In this document: in pieces, positions 52,411 through 64,000 of the stretch
Layout: each line of letters begins with the position of its first letter
How positions within the stretch are numbered: the stretch's first letter is position 1
NCBI RefSeq assembly: GCF_009914755.1
Contig: NC_060925.1
Direction: 5' to 3' (one strand)
DNA from: the human T2T-CHM13v2.0 reference genome, Homo sapiens
DNA: 64,000 bases
Notes under the pieces: model-generated
Told to the model about the DNA's origin: nothing
Seen by the model: the letters and a program-made list of their open reading frames with translations, nothing else
Database searches by the model: none
Position numbers and translations under genes: made by a program

Positions 52411-52543
52411 AAGATAAAACAATGCCAACAGCCACAGAAGAGAAAATGTTAAATTTTAAACCTCCTGATGCTCTCTCCACTCCCACTCCTTCAAGACACT
52501 GGCTATTAAAATGTGGGGATGTTTTAGGAACTGCTTAGGTTAG

Positions 52544-52904
<361 letters not shown>

Positions 52905-53281
52905 TAGGAAATTTCTGGGCACACAATGCCAGTCTGCCCAAAGCGTTTCTTTGTTGCTGATCCTGTGGGAAATGCTGCCCTGGCCCTCATCATGAAAGAT
53001 GGGGGGTGGCTATCGATTTTCTGACTGGTCTACGTCCCCGGAATTGACACAGACCACTGGATCTTGTGGTTACTGGGCAAGGCTAAGCTCCCCTTCAGCC
53101 TCCCCTTCAGCTGAGCCTTGTCTGCAAGACGAGGATCCTTCTGAGTCCCCATCTTGCAGACCAAGATGGGGAGGGACGGGTTCTGTTCCTTTCTCGGACT
53201 GCTTCAGGCCATTGTTAATATTTCGTAACACCTATCTTATCTCCTTGAAGACACCATTAAAAATTTTCTATTTGCAAAAGT

Positions 53282-53697
53282 TGTCAGAATCAAAATGAAG
53301 TCGTTTGGTCAAACCGTAACAAAACAGAACTGGGAAAATCTATAAAGGGAGGGTCCTTATGCACGATTGTCTGATAACAAAGATGTATCACAAAAGACTG
53401 TAAAAATCAGAACCTTGCACAAAGGTCACTGCAACCTTACCCAAACAATACTTCTGCCGGGACATCTGCTTAGCAACTGCCTGGGCCACTCTCGTTATTA
53501 ATCCTCATAACCAAGGATAATTGTTTCAAAACAGCTTATGTAACCCTCCCCATTTTTCTTTTAAAAGCCCTTTTTACCCTTTGCCTCTCTGAATAGGCCC
53601 ATAGTTTATAATGCCACACATATTCCACACTGCAGTGCTCACTCCCAATTAAACTCATTATATTTGCAGAATCTCTCTGTGTTTATTTAGGTTGAGA
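53282..53697 (+). mobile_element. MER67C-like ERV1 solo LTR
   Basis: 'tgtcagaatcaaaatg...aaccttgcacaaaggtcactgcaaccttac...gacatctgcttagcaactgcct...ttatttaggttga'. Confidence 0.8.
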
Positions 53698-53914
53698 TTT
53701 TCAATGAAAACACTGAAAAGAGGCAGACACAATTTCTAAAGCAAGTACATTCTAGAAAGTACCCAGACACCAGTCATCTACTCTTCTCTCTCTGCAGATA
53801 TGTGATCTTTCCTACAGGGACTCAGGGTTCTGCAGAACTTCGTACAAGAACAACCTATGTTATTCATAGCTTTGTCATCCTGTCATCCTGTCTGAGAAGG
53901 GAAAATAGTTGCCT

Positions 53915-55640
<1,726 letters not shown>

Positions 55641-55849
55641 TTGAGTTTGGAGAGATAATGTGGTATTGGCACATGAGGGTAATGACCCTATGGACGATGC
55701 AGGAAAGAGAGCAGAGGAATTCTGGGGCAATGACCTTGAACAGTGAGAGGGGGAAGGTAATCTTGAGCACAAATGGCCTCAGATAGTTCTTGTTATCAGA
55801 GAGTGTCAGACACATTAAGGATTTCCTCAAGGGTCTCCTAGTACAAGTG

Positions 55850-56280
55850 TTCATCCTTCAAGATATTTATCTGTGCACGTACAAAATGATCAGAAATTTT
55901 ATGCAAAGCAGCAGCAGACAGTTCATATTTTTCATCAAACTTTTTTACTAAAAAATATGATGAACAGTCTCCTGAGCCAGTGCATAGGACTCACGCTTAT
56001 TATCTTTTAATGACTGCCAGAAATGTGCCATTATTTATGTAATTAATCTCTTATGAATAGACATTAGATTACCTCAAATTTTTGATATTACATTTTTACA
56101 CATGATGTGAACATCCTTGAATATATAAATATTCCTATGAGTTGAAATGACTTACTAGTAGAATTTAAATTGCTGAGTCAAATCCACATGCATCTGGATT
56201 TTAATGAATGTTGTGCAAATATCCTCCACTAAGGTTATTCCCAGTGAACATCTACCAGCAGAATGTGAGTGAGGGGCTGT
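55850..56280 (-). mobile_element. L1ME 3' fragment
   Basis: 'gtagaatttaaattgctgagtcaaa', 'tgtgaacatccttgaatata' (antisense L1 3' region). Confidence 0.55.
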
Positions 56281-56665
56281 GACACAGGGGTGTGGCCGGG
56301 GGTTTGTTGAGTTTGGACTTGAATACCAGACTTGTTTAAAGTAGTTCAAGCTGAAAGTGGTGTCAGCAACATAACTGATAAACCACTGCCACCTCCTTTC
56401 CAGGCTGCAGGAATGTGCTGATCCGGGCTGGTCTGGGAATCTGGAGAGGCAGAGAATTGGGACAGAGAGAAAAAGAGAGGCAGACAAAGAGGTCAGAAGA
56501 ACAAATTTCAGGGAGCCATTGGATGCTCTGGGGATAGCTTGGCTAAGCCAACACCTCGCTGTGGGGCCTGGGGCAGGCACTTAGCCTCTTACTGCCAGTT
56601 CACAACAGCCAAGGAACCCATGTATGGATCCAGCGAGCTAACAAATATAAATATGAAATGGCAAG

Positions 56666-56960
56666 TCGTTAGTCAGGGTTACCTAAAAGGATAGACCTAA
56701 TAGGATAGATGTGTATATGAAAGGGAGTTTATTAAGGAGAATTGACTCACACGATCACAAAGTGAAGTCTCATGGCAGGCCGTCTGCAATCTGGGGGGCA
56801 AGGAAGCCAGTTTGAGTCTCCAAACCTCAAAAGTAGGGAAGCTAATAGTGCAGCCTTCAGTCTGTGGCCAAAGGCCTGAGAGCCCTGGCAAACCACTGGT
56901 GTAAGTCCAAGAGTCCAAAAGCTGAAGAACTTGGAGTCTGATGTTCAAAGGCAGGAAGCA
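56666..56960 (-). mobile_element. MLT2A2-like LTR, 3' half only
   Basis: 'ttagtcagggtt...gggagtttattaaggagaattgactcacacgatcaca...aagctgaagaacttggagtctgatgttc'. Confidence 0.8.
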
Positions 56961-58035
<1,075 letters not shown>

Positions 58036-58109
58036 CCTGAGGCATGTGACCTGGAGACAGTCACTTAACCTTTCTGGGTCTTTGACACCCTGCCTATAAA
58101 AGTGACATT

Positions 58110-58277
58110 GAATAGATTTCAAGTATTCTCACCACAAATAAATGAGTATGTGAGGTAATGCATATATTAATTAGCTTAGTGTAGCTATTCCACAATGTAT
58201 CCATATTTTAAAACATCATGTTGTACACCATAGAGATATATAATTTTTTTAGTTGTCAATTAAAATACATAAATAAG
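58110..58277 (+). mobile_element. L1MA 3' terminal fragment
   Basis: 'ttctcaccacaaataaatgagtatgtgaggtaatgcatatattaattagctt...aaaacatcatgttgtacacc'. Confidence 0.8.
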
Positions 58278-60415
58278 GATATAGAGTTGGTCTGAGAGTA
58301 TTGAAGGTATTTCTAACTCTAAACACCGAGAATTCTATACCTAGGATTATAACAGCTCCAATATCATTGTATTATTGGGAAAGTGAAATGAAATCAATCC
58401 AGGATGCATAAATATTTGTATTTTTCCTATCCACCCTTTTGTTTCTGTTAATACGTTTTCTTTTCTTGCTCCCTGCCCCAAACTCACTCCAGGCATCTAT
58501 GGGTTTTGGTGGCCTAGTACACTTTTATTCTTTTACTGATAAAACTGCCCTCTCCCCAACTCTCAGTCTACATGGGGTTAAGCTCACTCATGGGATAGAC
58601 CCTGATTGACATATTCCAGGCCTCTATCTTTTCTGGTGATTCAGGGATGGGGCTGTGGTTCTTAGAGCCAGTGGCCTAGAACTTTTGATCAACCATGAGG
58701 AAAAGAAGTTCTCTTTTCTGCTGAGTGCCAGTCCAGATGGAAACCATCTCACCACTAGGAAGGGGGACTTGAGATGGCTTTGCATGGTAGAGAAATGCTA
58801 AAAGATGGTGAAAAAAAGGAGCAGGTCCTGCTGGCATCATTTGAGCGCCTGAGTCAAGGTGCTCCTGACAGCTCCCCTGTCTCAGAGCTCCTCTGTTTAT
58901 ATAATCCAAAAAATCCCTTCTGAACTCAAGTAGGGTTCCTCTGAGGTTCCTGTCACAGGAAATGGAAGAGCCCAATGACTGTCCCTCACCAGCACCTAGG
59001 TCTCCAAGCTGGGACCAGCACAAAACTTTACCCTCAAGCTCTCCTCTGGCGGTATGAGTCAGATTCATCTCCTGTTCCCCATTCTCCTTGTTTTCATCCC
59101 TCCTGCAGAGGAAGCTGCAGAAACCACCCTGTAATGGCATCTCCAAGGGTGAGGACATATTAGCCCTGGTCTCTAATGAACCGAGCATCGCTGTTACTGC
59201 TGCGCCCGGCATCACACAGTGATCTGGAGGGCTGCCGAGTCAGCACTGTGGGTTCATGGTGCTGATTTGCCTTCCTTTGGTAGAAGGCAATTTGAGCTAG
59301 AAAGCCACTTACCAGATAAGGTAGAGGGTGGGGTGTAGGGGGAGGGAGGGGGGCATCACACAGAACTATACCGAGACAAGGCCTGACCCTCTGAGGGAGC
59401 TGAGAGGGTCTCAGAGATCCCTTAGTTAATATCTCTTATTCTAAGATGTGCAGACCAAACTCAGAGAAGCCAAGTGGCTTGTCCTGTGTCACACAGTGAC
59501 TCAGAAGCAGGGTGAGGCCCAGAACCCAATCCCCGTACTTCTCCTTGGCCATAATATTCCCCAAAGGTCAGCTCTGCATCCTGTCCAGACCCTCCCACCC
59601 CTCACTTTTCCACTTCCCTGAGATTCTCCAGAGTTAGTCCTGTGGCCACAGCCCCACAGCATGTCCTGAAGTCTCTGAGACCTTGCCCCACTGGGCTCCC
59701 TAGCTCTTCTCCAAGTGCCATCCCTTCTTCCATCACAGCAAGCCCTCCAGGGTGAGTGCCATGGGGACCTGCTAGGACTTGGGGGCCTCCTTCTGAGCTG
59801 GGCTCTGAACTCAGGCTCTGTGCCTTTTCTCCCATCTCAGGGATGCCCTGCTTCACCCCCAGTCAGGATCCACCCTCCTCGCCTGCCCTCAGCCCCCGTG
59901 GTGGGTGGAGCTTGGCCTGCCTGAAGACACACTGCACTCTGTCCGCTTTGTTGCTGGAATGCCTGACCTGACCTTCTGGTCATCACTCACTTGCCCCTGC
60001 CTCTCTAAATGCTGAGTCTTCCTTCCCATCAGCGGTGGTCGAGGCTGCCCCATAGCCGTCTTTTCTGTTTGGGCAGAAAGGTCCCTTGCCCACATCTCTG
60101 AGTCTCACCTCTGGGCTATCTCAATGTCGACCCACTCTCCTGCTGCCCAGGGGTGCCCGGGGCCTCCTCAGATGGTCAGTAGTGGGACAGGTGAGGGCTG
60201 GAAGTCAGGGTACCACATCACACCTCACCCCCGTCAACGGTCATCTGTGCACCCAACTCGAGTCACTGGCACTAACAGATTTGAGCACCTGCTGCCAGGA
60301 ACCATGTTGAGAGCTGCCCATAGCCCCACCCCCGTGGCCCTCACAACCACCCTGACAGGAGGATTCACTCATTCTGCCTTCCATGTGGGGAAACTGAGGC
60401 ACTGAGAGAATGAGT

Positions 60416-60708
60416 CATTGCCCCAAGGTCACTCACCTGCCCCTAAGGAACCTGAAGGGTCAGAGGAGAAGGGAACACACATCTGTTCCTCCTTCGCACT
60501 GGCCCTGTCTACAGAGATGTGGTTTCCAGTAACCTCTGGGGACAACCTTGAGCTGCAGTCCACCATTGCCCCAAGGTCACCCACCTGCCCCTAAGGAAAC
60601 TGAAGGGTCAGAGAAGGGAACGCACATCTGTCCCTCCCTCCCACTGGCCCTGTCTAGGGAGATGTGGTTTCCAGTAACCTCCAGGGACAACCTCGTGCTG
60701 CAGTCCAC
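60416..60708. repeat. Tandem duplication, 148 + 145 bp
   Basis: Unit 'cattgccccaaggtcac...gctgcagtccac' at 60416-60563 and 60564-60708. Confidence 0.92.
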
Positions 60709-62364
60709 CTCCTAAATCCTCCCCGGCTGCTGTTCACCTGGAATCATCCTATTGATCCCGCTGAGCAAATGTCAGAGATTGTCTCTTAAAACCGGAGGTT
60801 GTGACCATCTGGCCGTCAGACACTGGGTGAAACCCCAGCCCTGTTCTCAAGAGGGACTCGTTCAACCAACAGCCCCTGGGGCATTGTGTCTGCAGAGAGG
60901 CCTGCTCCACTTTGAACTCTGTGGAAATTACAAGGTAGCTTGTTATCCAAAATGATTTATGGAAGTTGAAAGGATTCGGATGAAGATTTCAGCAATTAGA
61001 CTGTTGGACTCAAACAAATGTCTTCACTTTCAGATAGATGCTTGGGTAAAAAGCAATGGAGTCATGAAATTTTAATTCAATTCTTATTTGTGTTGAATAA
61101 TTGAGTATGGAATTGGAGCCTGCTGACTTCCCAGGCCTGTCTCTAGAGGGGAAGCGTGCCTGCTTCCAGGGGAAAGCTGCAAACGCGCAGGCACTGAGGG
61201 CATCAACCCGGCCTTCCTCCAGCCCTGGGACCATTACTTCTCCTTTCAGGGAAGTCAGCTTCCTTTTTCCCTCCCTAGTCTGCTGGCAGTATGTGGACAA
61301 ATGGGAGGAGGAAAGGCAAGCCAAAGAAAAACTTGTGAGGCTGGAAGTGTGCAGAGACCGTGGAGCCTGGAGTCCAGCAGGAATCTGATTCTGTAACTCC
61401 CTAGCCGCGTGATTTGGGCAAGTCACTGTACTTCTCTGGACATCAATTTCTGTATCTGGAAACTAGGGACTGTAATTCATGGCTGCTGAGAAATGCTGAT
61501 CATTTTCCCCTGCACAGCTCCACTTGCTAGCCCACAAGGCTACTTGCCCTTCTGAAGCTGAGTTTCCTCATGTCTAAATTGGTGCCAACACCATCCACCT
61601 CACTGTGTTATTGGAAAAATTATGTAACAAGTATCTCATACTTAGCCAAGGTCTGGCCCATAGTGAGTGCATGGTGGATATTACTTTCCAGCTGCCAATC
61701 ATTCAGAAATGCCATATTCCAAAAAATGTTTAGAAGTCAGAATAGAACGTCTCATACAACTCTGCTTTAGACTAGTTAGTCAAGAAGCACCTAATGATCC
61801 AAAACCCACAAGCAGAGGAGGACTTCCACGGACACCTGGACACACTCACGGAGCATTATGACATTCCCAAAGTCAGCTGGAGGAAGTAGCCGCCTGCCCC
61901 GGGTATGCAGCAGCATTGAGGGTCTGCAAGGCCACGTTGGGGTTATGTCTATTTCCTTTGGTATATTCTAGAAACATAGCTTTACACACACCCTCTCGTC
62001 TTCTGCTACACACTGCTTTTCGAAGCTGTGTACTCTCATTCTGGAACTTGATTCAAGTAGGACTGCCCTTGTAAAACATAAAAAAAAAAAAAAAGAAGCA
62101 ACGAATGGCTTCTACTGATAACCACAGATAACAATGTTTGGGAATAAGTAGTTCAAACTCCAGGCGTAAGCAACACATCCTCCCTTCCCTAGGCCACTCT
62201 CAATAAAGACACTGTATTTGAGGGAGTACCCGAAGCAGAGAGGGCAGAGCAGAGCAGGACCAGGCTATTCAGACCTGGGGGGTCAGGGTTGATGGAGACC
62301 AGGAGTGCCAGTGTTCCTCTGACTCTTCAACCACAGCCATTGCTACAGCAAGGGTAGCAGTTGC

Positions 62365-62550
62365 TGCTGGTTTGGGGCTTAGCTGTGTCAGGCTGTGTGC
62401 ACCTCCTCATTAATTCTCATCACTACCCTTGAAGGAAAGGGCTATTATGAACCCATTTTTCAGCTGAGGGAGCTGAGACCTTGAGAAGTTGAGGAACTTG
62501 CCTGAGCTCACAGCTTGGATCTAAATCCCAGACCTGTGACTGCCTCCAGC
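62365..62550 (-). mobile_element. MIR SINE
   Basis: 'cccatttttcagctgagggagctgagac...aacttgcctgagctcacagc'. Confidence 0.7.
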
Positions 62551-64000
62551 CCCTGCCCCAACCACTGCACTCACTGCCACGCACTCCTGGTGTCCATTTG
62601 TGCCTATTGGAGGGCTCATCTCCACAACCACCCTGGGAGGAAGGGGCTGATGGAAGCACCGTCCCCAACTACAGATGAGGAAAGGGCCCAGAGAGGGGAG
62701 GCGGCTTTCCCAAAGTCACACAGAAAGGAAGTGGTGGAGTCGGAATGGGAAGCCCTGTGGGCCTGACTCCTCCTCCAGGGCACCATCCCCTGCTCCCCCT
62801 CCCAGCCTTTCCAAGGAAAGTGCAGAGACAAGACTGGGGGCCTCTCTTCCCCACAGGTAACAGCCTGGGCAATGGGAGAGCCTCCATCCCTCAGCAGCTC
62901 CTGCCTGGTGGCCAAGCCCCTCCTAGGTCTACAGCACACCCCATCTTCTCCCCCTCTGAGCCCCAGGGCTGTTACTTCCTTAATACGCCTTCTTTAATTA
63001 TTACCTTCAAGGAAAGAATCAGGAGGTAAACACAAAGACCTGCTGCTAATAATTAAAAGCATCCCACCTCCCTTACATGCAAATGGAGGCCCCACTCTGC
63101 AGCCGCTGCAATAGCCTGTGATGGCCTCCATCAGGGCTGAACAGCTCCCCATGCAGGGTGCACCTTGCTGTCCTGCAGGTGCCAGGGCCAAGCAGGGGTG
63201 CCACATTGTTTAGAGTAAACAGGCAGGTCCATGTCTCTGGGGCCAAATGGCCTGGTATGGGCTGGTGCCACAGAGGTGGCTAGAGCATCAACAGCACTAG
63301 GATGCCGGGAGACACAGGCATGGGACCCCCTTTAGCCCTTGCACTGCACCTGGGCCCAGCCCAGTCTAGACGCCACCAGGCCCACAAAGGTGGGCAGCAG
63401 GGGACACTGCTGGGGATTGGGGCACCTCTTGGGAGGCCCTTCTCTGATGCTATCTGGATACCTGGAGCTGCCAGGCCGGACCTGGGTGCTCTTTCCCTTG
63501 GCTGGTCCATCCCCAGCCCCTCTGCTTTGATCATGGAATTTGGCCTCCCCAGTGCTCAGGTGCTTAGGCCCCAGGTTCCTCCTGGACTGTGCTGGTGAAC
63601 AGTTGTCCAGCCCTAAAGCCAGCCCCAAAACTGGGCCCAGCCTAGCCTGCTCCACTCCACCCCTAGGGAAGAAAGACAGAGAATAAGGACAGGAAGAACC
63701 TCTTTTCACCCGCACGCTTCCCCTAGAGCAGTGGCTGCGTGGACAGTGGAGTGTGTGGGTGCCCACGTGGCAGCAGTGCCCACTGGGAGGCGTGCAGGCT
63801 TGGGAGGTGAGCCCTGCTTCCTGTTCTGCCACTTACTAAATGTGAGGCTTAAGTCAGGTTACTCAATCCTCCCTGAATCCCAGGTTCCTCACCTCTAAAT
63901 AATACCTTTTTTGGAACCTAGTTTTCCCCTTGATAAACTACAAAAAGCACTTATACATTCATCTACCTCTAAGCCTGGAGAAGTCAGGGGTCGCGTCTAT

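Noticed and set aside
51681-52486. His/Thr/Met- and Cys/Val-rich ORFs up to 215 aa that look metal-binding
   Set aside because: Translation of a CA/TG microsatellite-like tract

Overview
Catarrhine primate (human-like) genomic DNA that looks intergenic or deep-intronic: no CpG island, no credible host protein-coding exon, no tRNA/rRNA gene and no CRISPR array. It is dominated by interspersed repeats: 13 Alus (J, S and Y types, most with readable target-site duplications, TSDs), many MIR/L2 relics, two old L1M elements, MaLR/ERVL/ERV1 LTRs, a MER47A Tigger MITE, and a 5.4-kb two-LTR HERV-H provirus (38963-44386, TSD GTTCT). The long ORFs I could interpret are retroviral remnants or low-complexity/Alu artefacts. 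Most notable: (1) a ~1.1-kb insert inside an L1 that is a decayed histone H4 copy, still carrying the histone stem-loop, a U7 downstream element and a ~0.8-kb extension to an AATAAA, probably a retrocopy of a polyadenylated read-through H4 transcript; (2) a template-switch (duplication plus inverted templated insertion) scar inside a MER50 LTR; (3) a Phe-type rather than His-type primer-binding site on the HERV-H; (4) an internal inversion in an old L1. I found no new multi-gene system. Repeat subfamily names come from recalled consensus sequences and need RepeatMasker/Dfam confirmation. Coordinates of old elements are approximate.
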